A stretch of DNA of 64,000 nt from a virus (taxonomy: Duplodnaviria > Caudoviricetes): the IMG/VR virus record IMGVR_UViG_3300030330_006022, positions 50,351 to 114,350 of that record; one strand, written 5' to 3'. This document shows positions 39,185-50,900 of the stretch, in pieces. The notes beneath the pieces are model-generated. The model made no database searches, was not told the origin of the DNA, and saw nothing but the letters and a program-made list of their open reading frames with translations. Position numbers and translations under genes: made by a program. Every line of letters starts with the position of its first letter. Position 1 is the stretch's first letter.

Positions 39185-42100
39185 ATGAGCAATATACCTT
39201 TAGACTTTGTTGGTTTAAATACATTAGTAAAAGAAGAGATAGACCCAGATACAAATACAATAGGAAACACAAATGCAAAAGCATTAAAGTTTAATAAGAC
39301 TGATGAGATATACAATTTAGAGCTAACCCAATCAGCTGGGTATTCTTATTTGGTAAATTACGGTGCGCAGGGATATACTCAAACAGGCCCTTTGTCTTAT
39401 TCTTTTTGGATAAAAATGAACTGGGATGCGCTTTCTAGTTTGACAATACCATTTGCTTTGATCTCTTCTGGACACTGGACAAATGGTCAATTTTTTACTA
39501 TCGTACTTTACGAATCTGATGGGTCAAGCCTCACGTACAGAATTAACACAAATAATACCGGCGGTACCGATACAGTTTTTGATGGGTCAAGAATATTAAA
39601 TATTGATTTTACTGATTCTAGTTCTAATACAAGAGCTCTTATTAGTCAAGTTGTTCTTAACGCTTTTGAAGCTTTAAATTTAACTAATTGGCAATTTTCT
39701 CGGGAAGGTTTTGGAGAAAACCCCGTCTTTATAAAAGCTACGTCACCATTACAAAAAATTACTTTTAATGATGATGATATTGGTGGAGCTATATCTCCCA
39801 TAAGAACACCTTTGCTTTACAGAATTATCGGCTTTGATACTACAGGAGATAGTTTTTTTGGTATAATTAAAGATGATTACTTACTTCACACACCAGGGTT
39901 GGCAGATGGTGGAAATAATACTGAATTTATATTTAGGCACTCAGCCAGTGATGGAACAATAAAAACAGCCACTTGGGAGTTAAATACTTACCTTAGCGGT
40001 CTTGATTGGGCAGGTTGGGACGACTGGGCTCATATAGTCGTTTCTTGGGATGGAAACTTTAATAATTCTGTAATACTTTATGTAAATGGAATAAACATAG
40101 GAGCAGGATCTCAAAACAGCGTAGACAAAATAGAAAAGAAAGCCATAAGTCAGATTGCGATAGGTTTTCCAAAATCTATACCAACAGTAACCACATATCA
40201 CCCTAGTTCTTTAAATGCAGAAATTAAACATGTTGCCACTTACAACAAAACGCTAAATCAAAACGATATTGATTTAATATATTCTAACGGGTTTGTAGAA
40301 AATATTGCAAAAATATCAACACTAAAACCTTTCATAATAGATTATTGGAAATTTGGAGATGACTTATCATTAAACTTTGATGATACAATTCAAAATAATA
40401 CTGATATTGAACCATCTTATGGAATAAACACATTAAGAACTGTCAACACTTTTACCATATCAAAAGGCCTAATACCAGAAATAAGAAATAAAGAAGTTCT
40501 TTTAACTAAAGTTGTTCGAACAAGAGTGGCAAATGAGTATTTTACTATGAACCCAGATTTAGTTGATGATGATGGTAATGTTATATATGTCGACTCAACT
40601 AATCAAGTTTTAAGAACAAATGGTCAAATTGAATATGAAGATTATTTAATTGCTTTAAATATACACAGAAATGGACCTTATGGGTATTCATCTTTTAAAC
40701 AAATTAGGGCTCATGAAAACCCTGTTACAAGATATCATAAAAAAAATAATATTTTTTCTTTTTCTCCAGAAGAAGGTTTTAGAAGAACAGTTATCAAAGA
40801 TGGAAAAGTAATATCTCAACACACAGATAAACGAGGACCAGTAACAAATTTTGAAAATGAAAGCCCAGTAATAATGAACAAAAAACCCTTTGAAGCAATT
40901 GTGGATGTTTTTATAGAACAGGGTGGAGACCAATTTGAAGAAAAAGTAAAACTTAAAACATCTTATGCAAGTCAACTGGATTACTTTAACAATGAAATAA
41001 TAAATCAGCAGCTTGGGTTGGATGAACAAAGAGATCACTTTTATGAAGAAATGAAAAGTTTGTATATGGGAGTTGATCCTGAATCTTCAATAGTTACGGG
41101 TGTGGATAGCGTAAAGTTATCTCAAACTATTTTTCCAACAGATCTTTATACAAATAAATCTTTTACCAAACAAAGACCCAGCTTTAATTCTAATTTTTGG
41201 AGAAAAAATAGAAATGATAGGATTCTTTTAGATCAAGATAATGGCTTTGGGTATTCTGTTCCTTCTCAATCAATGTGGCCTTTAGATGCGGTAGCAAATT
41301 TTGAAACTCAAACCCTCATCGGCTCAGATGGAAATTTTAGAATCTTTAGCCCCTCTTTAGCAAAAGCTATAAATGACGGCGGCACAGTGACAAATGCTTC
41401 TAGATTTACATTTCCCGAGTCTCACCCTTCAACCCCAGGCAGTATATTTTTTGAAGTTGTTAACAAAGGGTCTTTGGCTGCTCGTTTTTACGGAAGACAG
41501 AGCAGTCATTATATAGGAACCAATGAAGTAGATGGACTTAACGTAAAATTAAAAATTGAACCTGCGATTGCTCATCTGTACGATGGATTTAGTAGAGTTG
41601 CTACAAATATGAGAACTGCTTTTGTTGGGTCTCCAAATAATTATGACTCTACAACAGACTTTACTCTTAACACATACACAAGAAAAGGAGCTTATATAGC
41701 TAGAAGTGCTGGTTTACACAACTCATCTAGCCCACAAGTGGCAAGAGTAAACTATATGAGAGTAAAAAACATATATTTAGATAATATTAACACAAATGAT
41801 AGTAATGCTAGATATAGAGCTAAATGGTTAGCTGATTTTAGAAACTGTACTTTATCCTACTGGAACGCAGCAGGTGCTGATTCTAGTAATAATACTGGAT
41901 TTGGTACACTTATGATAGATTTTAGTTCTAGTAAATCACCAGTAGCCCATACTGGCGATGGAGTTGTAACAGGTACTGGAACAAACCGACAAAGTGGTAA
42001 TGGTCCCGGTGCTCTATCAATATCAGGATCTGGAGATATTGATAAACTAAGAAGGCACATATTTTTTGCTACAAGTTCTGTTAATGTAAGTTCTACTTCT

Positions 42101-45100
42101 GGTGGAGGAACTACTACACACTATACCACTACAACAGGTGACAATATGCTGGTTGTCAGACTAGGAACAAAATGGACGAAAGATCCAAGTGGTGAAAATC
42201 CGGAAGATTATTACGGTAACGTTAGTCACGATCCAGCCCTTGGAATTCAATCTGGAGTGGACAACAATGGAGCTGTTGATTTTATTTTTGATGGTATTTT
42301 TAGTATAAATAACCCACTTAAACAAACTCATCACAGCACAACTGAACTGGATATTACATGTAGAAATTCTAGATATTTAACTTATATACAGTCTCACTTT
42401 CTAGTTTCTTTAAAACAAAATCTAGAATCAGATGCTGGTGAAGCAGCTTTTAGTGCTAGTTGCTATTTAGCAATAAATGGTAAATTTATTGCCCCAACAA
42501 GAATCGTAGACCCATATGGATTTTTATCTCGTACTAATTATACCGATGCTGGTGGTGTAGAGTATGCACCACAAACTTGGACCGCAAAAGATGTTGAACC
42601 AACAGATGTTATTTGGTTTCAAGGTGGAGATGGAGTAACTAAAACTTCTGGTGGTACTCCTATAGCTGAGGTTGAAAATGCTCCAACAAACTTTCAATAT
42701 TTTTCCGATATAGCATTATTCAAAGGATCTTTAGATCATTCAGAAAACAGCATGTCAGAAACATTAACAATTAGAAATGGTTCAGGAGCCAGTCAAGATA
42801 TAACTCTTACTAGAGACAGAAACTCAGCACACGGTTTTTCGTTTAACAATACAATTACAATTGTTGTAAACTTAGCTGCTGCGAACGCTGGTAGCAAGTG
42901 TTTAGTAGACTTTTCTGTAAACTCATCAGGAAATATGACAATCGCTATTACACCAAATACGGGTCTATCTCCTACATGTTCTAGAACTGCTCTTGTTGCT
43001 GCTATTAATGATGGCGAACATTCTGATTTGACCGTAACTGGTCACGATCTCGTAGACTTTACCGCGGCTGCTGGTGGTGCTTCTGATGGCACTGCTATAG
43101 AATCAATGCCAGCTACTAATTTTCCTGGAGCCACAAGGTTCAGTGGTTTTAATAATTCTTCTATCGGTTTTGTTGGTAAAATACCTTTCATAGCTGGTAC
43201 AAATGGTGCTGGAGGAGATGAGCAGCAAATTGGAGTACGATATGTTGATTACAACACTGCCATGACAAACTTTAACGATCAGGCTACTGGTACTCCTTTA
43301 GAAGGTCCATACCTTTGGTACAATTTTGAAAACAATCACAGAGGTGAGGCTTCCGTTAATCAATATGATGTTTTTGGTTTTGAAGATGTATCCGTTAATA
43401 CAGCAGTTGCAGCTTCAAGTTATGATTACCTTGCTACAATGGGATATCTACACGGTGATTTATCAGGTAAGGGATTTCTAGAAAATCAAAATATACCTGG
43501 GCTTGTTGGACCAATAACAACTACGCATCGTTTAAATAATGGATCTTTTGCTGATTTTATAGCCGCTCCTGGGGATAATCTAGCAACATACACAATAGAA
43601 CAAGGTCTCATGAGTGATTACTCACCAGCTAGTAATTTTAACTCACCAGTAGAACCATCTATTCCTCTTGGTGGATTTACAGGAGATAATTCTCGACAAG
43701 GACCAGGTGTATTACAAAACTCTTACAGTCAATTTGCTAGAGGTTTGACCACTTCTACCCCTCTCGACCTCCAATTATCAGCATCGGCTTTTTACTCTAG
43801 AAGACATACATTAACAGCTTCTACTTCTGTTGTTAATCCATTTTTTACAAACTTGTCTGGTGGCACAATTCATGGAATAACTGCGTCTCAATTATACTTG
43901 GGAACAGCTTTGTGGGAGGCTCCTCAACAAGCAGGATTTTTCAATAACGAAGGGACATTTGTATCTGCTTCAAAAGATCCTTTCTATGATACATATGGAG
44001 AGTATGCTGAAGAAATAACTAAAATAGGAAAAGGCTACTCTGTTGTGCCTGAGTTTAGAATATCAACTCAAATAGAACACTATTTATCTCAGGGACCTTT
44101 GGCAAGTAAGAATGATTTTTTAGAATTAACAGGAGGTTTATCAACACTACAGAAAAGTTCACAAAATAATTTTTATAAAATATACACAAATTCAGAATTT
44201 ATTAAACATTTTAAAGTTGTTAGAGATGATCATAAGAAAATGTTTGATCCCTACAAAATAACGCTAAGTTGTAAAGCGATTAAAAAGTTTCTTCCTTACA
44301 AAGGTTTTTATCCTGCCGAAAGAACAGTTGAAATGGCAAAACAATTTTATTCTTCTTATGGTTCTAATGTAATTACAACAGCTAGCATAGGCCTGACAGG
44401 AAATAGCTATTTTGCAAATCAAACTTATCCAGTTCAATATTTACTAAATCCTTTGTTTGGGCCCGGAGTGCTTTACAATACAATCAAGTCAGGTATAGCT
44501 TGCGATTATCCAGTAATTACTTCTTCAATGAACACTACCGGAAGTGTTGTTGGAGATTATCATATAAACGACTTTTTTGACACAAGAATACCATTTGAAG
44601 CTTTAGTTGAACCAGAAAAGTATTTAGCAAACAATACTTTATTTTCTAATGAGCCCGATCCAAACGGTAATACATTTACAGAAGTTGCATGGAATGGTCA
44701 GGGAAACAATCTGTACAAACTACAGATGAATAATTTTCTAGCTGAAGTCGGAGAATTCTTTTTAGAAAATCAAAATTATACTACAATAACTTCACTACCT
44801 CAAGGAGATCCCAACTTTGGTAACGCTGAAGCTGGTAAAGTATATTCAATGCGTTTAAAAATGTTTAGAACTATAACTGGTCAAAAATCTTCTGGAAATG
44901 GTCCAAAAGGAATTAAGTATGGATTACCTCAAGATACAGGCTCAATGAGTGAAGCTTTTACTATGTACTCTAGACCATCAGCATTTGGTCCTCCAACAAA
45001 AATGTCTGCTTCTTCGTTTACAACAAAAGCATGGAATAAGTTTAAAAAACAAAACAGCGTTAATTTTCTTTATAACACAGCATCGACATATGTTGCTGTT

Positions 45101-46816
45101 ACGTCTTCTAATCCAAATGATGGCTATAATTGGCCTTTCACACCTCCATATTATCATGGAGAAGCATGGGCAGACATAACATTTGTTCCACCAAGTGCAG
45201 AATCAAAAAAATATACTCTACCTGAAATTATCAACAATTCATCTGTTGAATTTTGTAGATATTTTGAAAAAGATCACACACCGGGATCAGCCAAAGCAAC
45301 AGTAACTATTCAAACTTTGGTACTAACACGAGATATCAAAGGTGTAGACACTAGTACAGTTACGGTTGTTTTTGCCGATGATGCTGAAAATCCGGATAAT
45401 AAATGTTTAGTTGATTTTGCTGTTGTTGATGGTAATACTACAATTACAATTACAAGAGATGGTGATGGTACAACTTGCTCTAGAAATGCTTTAAAAGCTG
45501 CTATTAACGATGGTTCACATGCCGATTTAATTGTAACAGGCCACAGCCAGGTTGAGTTTAGTGTTACAAATACACCAACAGATGGAACTAACGCTATGAC
45601 CGCAGAAACAGTTACTTTTTCTGGTGGAGCAGGTAATTTTTTCAGTTTAGATGGAGCAGGAAATACTGCTTTATTTAACTCATCATCTTTTATAAATAAT
45701 GAATTAGCTATGCAAATTGCTTCATCAATGAATATATTTTCAAAAGGTGTTTTAAGACAAGATATAACCGAAGGTGGCGTTACAGTTGAAACTCAATTTG
45801 AAAATAAATATCGTTGGATTATGCAGTCTAAATTTGAATGCCCGACATTAAATTTTAATCACCATTCACATGACACAATAACAATGCCAAGTTTGGCAAC
45901 TTCTTCAGTCCCCATAGGAATGTGGCACCAATATGGAAGACTACCTCAAAGTACAAATGAAGGTATCTTTTTACAAGTTGAAGAGTTACCAGAAAATTGG
46001 ATTGAAGGTGCTTTAGGGATGGACGCTAATTTAACCGGTTCTTTATTGGATTTGTGTGGTTTCTCAACTGATCCTATTAGGGTTGGAGAAGTAAAAGAAT
46101 CAAAACTTATTGAAGAAGCTGTTGTCGCCATACCTTTTATAGCAGATGAAAATTATAACAGATTTTTCAATTTACCGAAAAAAGATGTTCGAAAAGCAAT
46201 AAAAGGACAAACAGATCAAGTTGGTGAAACTATATCTAATCTTGTAACACAACAACGAAAATATGTTTTTCCTCCACAATTTGATTTTGTGAATTTCAAA
46301 AATGTTGACCCAATTGTCATGTATGTTTTTGAATTTTCTCATTCATTGTCTAGGCAAGATTTAGCTGACATATGGCAAAATTTACCTCCAAAAGTTGGAT
46401 TAGTTCATGAAGTTTCTACCGCTTCAATATCCCATGAATTATTTGCTCACGAATTTTTTGGAAAAGGTGCTAAACTAACAAACACTAAAAACTTACAAAA
46501 AGTAACAGATTTAAGCAAACTAGAAGATAAAATACAATGGATGGTATTTAAAGTTAAGAAAAGAGCTAGAAATAATTATTTTGAAAAAATGTTTGATAGA
46601 AACGAGTCTGGTGCTGACATAACTTCTGAAGAGATTGTTGCTACTGCATTAGGTAAAAGACAAAAGATTAGCTACAATTGGCCATATGATTTCTTTTCTT
46701 TAGTAGAACTAATTAAAATAGACGCTGGTATCGAGTTTGGAAATGTAGACAAAAACACTTCACTTGAACTTGATGATATAGTGTTGCAAACTACACCTCC
46801 AACGAGTAAAACTTAA
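39185..46816 (+). CDS. Giant tail/baseplate protein with an N-terminal LamG domain and duplicated insertion domains (about 2543 aa)
   Basis: SYSFWIK...WAHIVVSWDG...LYVNG LamG; ATG at 39185 after GGAG; C-terminal SYNWPYDFFSLVEL. Confidence 0.75.
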   Translation: MSNIPLDFVGLNTLVKEEIDPDTNTIGNTNAKALKFNKTDEIYNLELTQSAGYSYLVNYGAQGYTQTGPLSYSFWIKMNWDALSSLTIPFALISSGHWTNGQFFTIVLYESDGSSLTYRINTNNTGGTDTVFDGSRILNIDFTDSSSNTRALISQVVLNAFEALNLTNWQFSREGFGENPVFIKATSPLQKITFNDDDIGGAISPIRTPLLYRIIGFDTTGDSFFGIIKDDYLLHTPGLADGGNNTEFIFRHSASDGTIKTATWELNTYLSGLDWAGWDDWAHIVVSWDGNFNNSVILYVNGINIGAGSQNSVDKIEKKAISQIAIGFPKSIPTVTTYHPSSLNAEIKHVATYNKTLNQNDIDLIYSNGFVENIAKISTLKPFIIDYWKFGDDLSLNFDDTIQNNTDIEPSYGINTLRTVNTFTISKGLIPEIRNKEVLLTKVVRTRVANEYFTMNPDLVDDDGNVIYVDSTNQVLRTNGQIEYEDYLIALNIHRNGPYGYSSFKQIRAHENPVTRYHKKNNIFSFSPEEGFRRTVIKDGKVISQHTDKRGPVTNFENESPVIMNKKPFEAIVDVFIEQGGDQFEEKVKLKTSYASQLDYFNNEIINQQLGLDEQRDHFYEEMKSLYMGVDPESSIVTGVDSVKLSQTIFPTDLYTNKSFTKQRPSFNSNFWRKNRNDRILLDQDNGFGYSVPSQSMWPLDAVANFETQTLIGSDGNFRIFSPSLAKAINDGGTVTNASRFTFPESHPSTPGSIFFEVVNKGSLAARFYGRQSSHYIGTNEVDGLNVKLKIEPAIAHLYDGFSRVATNMRTAFVGSPNNYDSTTDFTLNTYTRKGAYIARSAGLHNSSSPQVARVNYMRVKNIYLDNINTNDSNARYRAKWLADFRNCTLSYWNAAGADSSNNTGFGTLMIDFSSSKSPVAHTGDGVVTGTGTNRQSGNGPGALSISGSGDIDKLRRHIFFATSSVNVSSTSGGGTTTHYTTTTGDNMLVVRLGTKWTKDPSGENPEDYYGNVSHDPALGIQSGVDNNGAVDFIFDGIFSINNPLKQTHHSTTELDITCRNSRYLTYIQSHFLVSLKQNLESDAGEAAFSASCYLAINGKFIAPTRIVDPYGFLSRTNYTDAGGVEYAPQTWTAKDVEPTDVIWFQGGDGVTKTSGGTPIAEVENAPTNFQYFSDIALFKGSLDHSENSMSETLTIRNGSGASQDITLTRDRNSAHGFSFNNTITIVVNLAAANAGSKCLVDFSVNSSGNMTIAITPNTGLSPTCSRTALVAAINDGEHSDLTVTGHDLVDFTAAAGGASDGTAIESMPATNFPGATRFSGFNNSSIGFVGKIPFIAGTNGAGGDEQQIGVRYVDYNTAMTNFNDQATGTPLEGPYLWYNFENNHRGEASVNQYDVFGFEDVSVNTAVAASSYDYLATMGYLHGDLSGKGFLENQNIPGLVGPITTTHRLNNGSFADFIAAPGDNLATYTIEQGLMSDYSPASNFNSPVEPSIPLGGFTGDNSRQGPGVLQNSYSQFARGLTTSTPLDLQLSASAFYSRRHTLTASTSVVNPFFTNLSGGTIHGITASQLYLGTALWEAPQQAGFFNNEGTFVSASKDPFYDTYGEYAEEITKIGKGYSVVPEFRISTQIEHYLSQGPLASKNDFLELTGGLSTLQKSSQNNFYKIYTNSEFIKHFKVVRDDHKKMFDPYKITLSCKAIKKFLPYKGFYPAERTVEMAKQFYSSYGSNVITTASIGLTGNSYFANQTYPVQYLLNPLFGPGVLYNTIKSGIACDYPVITSSMNTTGSVVGDYHINDFFDTRIPFEALVEPEKYLANNTLFSNEPDPNGNTFTEVAWNGQGNNLYKLQMNNFLAEVGEFFLENQNYTTITSLPQGDPNFGNAEAGKVYSMRLKMFRTITGQKSSGNGPKGIKYGLPQDTGSMSEAFTMYSRPSAFGPPTKMSASSFTTKAWNKFKKQNSVNFLYNTASTYVAVTSSNPNDGYNWPFTPPYYHGEAWADITFVPPSAESKKYTLPEIINNSSVEFCRYFEKDHTPGSAKATVTIQTLVLTRDIKGVDTSTVTVVFADDAENPDNKCLVDFAVVDGNTTITITRDGDGTTCSRNALKAAINDGSHADLIVTGHSQVEFSVTNTPTDGTNAMTAETVTFSGGAGNFFSLDGAGNTALFNSSSFINNELAMQIASSMNIFSKGVLRQDITEGGVTVETQFENKYRWIMQSKFECPTLNFNHHSHDTITMPSLATSSVPIGMWHQYGRLPQSTNEGIFLQVEELPENWIEGALGMDANLTGSLLDLCGFSTDPIRVGEVKESKLIEEAVVAIPFIADENYNRFFNLPKKDVRKAIKGQTDQVGETISNLVTQQRKYVFPPQFDFVNFKNVDPIVMYVFEFSHSLSRQDLADIWQNLPPKVGLVHEVSTASISHELFAHEFFGKGAKLTNTKNLQKVTDLSKLEDKIQWMVFKVKKRARNNYFEKMFDRNESGADITSEEIVATALGKRQKISYNWPYDFFSLVELIKIDAGIEFGNVDKNTSLELDDIVLQTTPPTSKT

Positions 46817-47922
46817 TGACTTTTTATGATAAAAAAGAAGATGTATTAGACTTAAAACTAACACCATACGGTAGACACTTGATATCCAGAGGCAAGTTTA
46901 TGCCTAAGTATTATTCTTTTTTAGATGAAGATGTTGTATATAACGTTAACCAACAGGGATATGGATCAATCACAGAAAAAAACTCTGATGTAAAAAACAG
47001 AATTTTAGATGAAACACCAAGTATAAAACCAATGTATACAATGAACTCTGTTGAAACTGAGCTTGAGGATAACCCTGAGAACACAATGGAAATAACAGAT
47101 CCTCAATTTGTTAACATATATGACAAAAGAATGAGGCACACATCTGATACAAATACAAAATATTTACAAAACACAATTGGAACTTCTAAGCAAGCTACTA
47201 AAAAAGGACCAAGATGGGATATAGCTTTTTTATCTAGTGAGATGAATACTTCTTTAACAACAAACTTCACCTCATCTAATCCTTATTCAGAAACTTTATC
47301 TACATCGGCATCTGTAATACATATTCCTCAATTGGAAGTTGAAATTGAATGGAGTATACAGGTAAAAAACACTTCTGACCCTGATCATGATCAAAATAAA
47401 TTAAACAATGTCAGTAATGTTGACATAGAAGTATATAGCGACGGAACTTATCTAGACTACACAGAAGAACAATCAATTATAAGGTTTTTAGAAAAAAATG
47501 GTTTTGTAAAAAGAGATTCTTTCTCAATTGAGGTTTTTGAATATGAGAAAGACAATAATGGAGACTTTACAGACAGATTAAAGCCTTTAAAGTTTATGAA
47601 TAGAAACTATCAGGATGTCAAAGACTATAAGATTGATAAAGACATTTTAATTGAAGACCCTTATTCTACAGAACTCCCACCTGATCCAAGTACAGTTGAA
47701 TACTACTTTGATCTTAGAGTAGATAAAGAGATACCATTAGACGACTTGTGCAAAGCTGTAGATGAGCTTAAAAGTGAAGGTATATACATTGAAGATTTAG
47801 AAATTAAGTGTCCTGATATTCTTGGCTATGGACCAGACGGTGGTTTGATTGATTTAGGTACTGGGTTGCCGGATGGTGATCCTTGCGACGATCCAGCTAC
47901 AATATGTGCGGAAGAGGAATAA
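46816..47922 (+). CDS. Virion structural protein, N-terminus related to 53214..54179
   Basis: D.KLTPYGR..ISRG....Y.F.DEDV.Y aligns with DAVLTDYGR..LSKG....F...DEEINY. Confidence 0.65.
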   Translation: MTFYDKKEDVLDLKLTPYGRHLISRGKFMPKYYSFLDEDVVYNVNQQGYGSITEKNSDVKNRILDETPSIKPMYTMNSVETELEDNPENTMEITDPQFVNIYDKRMRHTSDTNTKYLQNTIGTSKQATKKGPRWDIAFLSSEMNTSLTTNFTSSNPYSETLSTSASVIHIPQLEVEIEWSIQVKNTSDPDHDQNKLNNVSNVDIEVYSDGTYLDYTEEQSIIRFLEKNGFVKRDSFSIEVFEYEKDNNGDFTDRLKPLKFMNRNYQDVKDYKIDKDILIEDPYSTELPPDPSTVEYYFDLRVDKEIPLDDLCKAVDELKSEGIYIEDLEIKCPDILGYGPDGGLIDLGTGLPDGDPCDDPATICAEEE

Positions 47923-47926
47923 CAAT

Positions 47927-50900
47927 ATGGCTATTGATGGTGGTATATATGGATTTGAACAAATACCAAACGTTTATATAAACAGTATAGAATTACATGA
48001 AAAAAAACCTGGTTCTACCAAAGAGGGTTTAATAGTCAAGGTTGAGTTTTTATATTACGATACAATGAACGAATATGATGAAGACTTGTTTACTAGTAAA
48101 TACACTTTAGACTCTATGAAGCTAAATACCTTATTAAGCCTAGATTCTAATCTTACAAATGAAATTGTCAATGGAAACAACCTTATACATAAACCAAGGA
48201 GCAGGCTTTTAAAAAGATTTCTAGATGACGAGCTCTGCATTTTAGACAATAAAGAAACAGCAAAAGTTTTTAATCAAGATATAGAAAAATGTGTATATGA
48301 TGAATATACTGAGTTTTATTATACAAAAACTTTTCATCTCAAAGAGACTCCACAACACTTATCTATTACTTGTTTGTTTTCAGATAGTGATTATAGAAAC
48401 AGAACAAGCTTTGGACCTACAACTTGTGAAACAATCATAGAAAATGGTAAAGTTGTTTTAAGCAGCAAGTTTCTTTTAAACAATGAAGAAATATGGACTG
48501 GACCTGTTCACGAACACGATGGTGTTATTATGGCCCACTCTTTTCATTCCAACAGCATTCCTCACCCTACATTGACTTCTGTTGGTTATCATAATTTAAA
48601 AATAAAAGACTTTAGAAGCCAGAGAATAAATTTGCCAGATGTGAAAAAAGAAAACAAGCAATCAAACTCAAAAGTAATATATTCTAATCTTTTTTACAAC
48701 CAGATGTCTAATCATGAACTTGGTATGGTCTTTTCTGCAAACATAAAAAGCATACTATTACAAAATTGTAAAGAAGCAATAATATTACAAGAAACAAGTC
48801 CCGAAGTTTTTAACAAACTAGCGCAAAATTTAAAAATAAAAAGTATAAAAATTGGAATCAAAGAACATCCAAGAAAGCCTTTTAGAAATGTTTTCTACTC
48901 TTTTGATCAAAATGAAAAAGTAAAGACAATACAAAATAAACTAGGAGAAATGAAAGAAATAGTTTTATCAAGCAACCCTTTTATAAGAACTTTTGATATT
49001 ATGTTAAAAACAAAAAGAATACATGAAATGAATGTGTTTATCGAGGTCAATAACCCATTAACAAAATATCTAGAAGATATTTATGAAAATTTTTCTAAAA
49101 ACATAACAGATTTAAAAATCAGCTTACAATACTTTAAAAAAGAAATGTTTTACGATAGAGAGACTGGTAAATTAGATAGAGAAAGAGTTGTAACTGAATT
49201 CGACAATCAGAATTCTACTTGGATTAGCTCCATAGCTCAAATATTGAAAATAAGAAGTTTGTTTCTTAGAGAAGATAATGAAGAAAGTGTGCAGGAATTT
49301 GTAATAAAATCGATGTCAAAAATATCCGCTAGATCATTTACTGTCGAATCTCTAGAAAGTTTTATAGATGATTGTTATTATTACTTAAAATTATTTGTAA
49401 GCATTTTTGAAATAAAAAAGAAATCTTTACCATCTAGTTTTGGAAGAGGCAAAAGATCAGGTAATAAAAATCACAAAGATGAATTAATTTCCTCTAAAAG
49501 ATATAGAATAAAATACAAATATAGAGGAAAAACAAAAAGTTATTTTAAAGACTCTCAAGACGTTGGAGTAAAATCATTTACTGTTTCTAGTTTTATGAGC
49601 CTAGTTCAGGATGAAAAAAACAAATTGGCTGGTGACTTTGCTAATGATATTATTAACATTTCAAATTACAATGAATACATCACTTTATCACCAAGGCTAT
49701 TGATTTCTGGTGGCGATAAATTCTCTTTTAACAGTCTTAAAACTATACAAGAAGACAAAATTTCAGTTTTTGTTGATTCTCTGCAAATATCCGAAGAAGA
49801 GCTTAGTAATTTGTTTGGTAAAAATATAAAAGTAGAATTTTTAGAAGAAGAAAAAGATTTGAATTTTGAAAACCTAAACTTAGGAACTGACAATAATTTT
49901 GGAACACAAACTGTAACTACAGATGAGTCTTTAGCCCCAGATAGAACTAAGGCAATAAAAGACAGTGTAGTTTTAGTTGGAAACAAAAATAGTAAAAAAA
50001 CAAAAAAAATAGTCGACAAAGTGTCCCCAAAAACCGACAGTTCTATATATTCCACAGGTCAAGAAGAAGGGTTTAATGAAGCAAGTGACGTGCCTATTCA
50101 CTATGTTTTCCTAGCAAACTTAAATGTTTCAAATAAAGTTTTTGGTAGCACAATGGATTTTTTAAGAGACAAAAGATATACAAGAGATTTGGCTTTCTTT
50201 AATTTAGAAAGAGTTTATTACGAAGAGTATGATCTTTTTGATGACTCTGGTGATCCCATTGTAGGTCTTGGAAAAATTAAGCCTTTAACAATGAGTGTTT
50301 TAAACAACTTAGAAGAGCCAATTATCTGCACTTTGAATTCTTATCATGATCCTGATTTTAATATAGATAATAATCAATTTGAAAGGTTTGAAACAATAGA
50401 TAGGAACTTTATAATATATCCTAATAATTTTTCTTTTTCAAAACAACAGTTATCCACAACTACAGGAGAAGATGCTTTAGAGTTTAAAGAATTGTACGAT
50501 GCTTATTACAGTCTTGATGTTCAAGAACTACAGTTTTCGAGAACTAACATAGTAAAAGAATCTTTAACTAGAAAAAACAATAGATACGAAAAAGGATTAA
50601 GAGTTAATATTAACAGATTTAATAATATGGATAGACAAAGAGCAAGGTATTTTAATAAATTAAAACAAGAAAAAAGAAGAAAAATAATTAAAGAAGAAAG
50701 AAGACAAAGAAGATTACAAGCAGATAGAAGAAAAGCAAATAAATTAAGAAGAATGAAACAAGAACAAGAAGAAGCAGAAAGAAAAATGATGTTAATGAAA
50801 ATGCTAGAAAATGAAAAAAAACAAAACAAACAAATTGATATATCAAAATTCAAACCCATGAAGCCTCTTCGGACATTCCCTGCGATTTCATCTGGAATAG

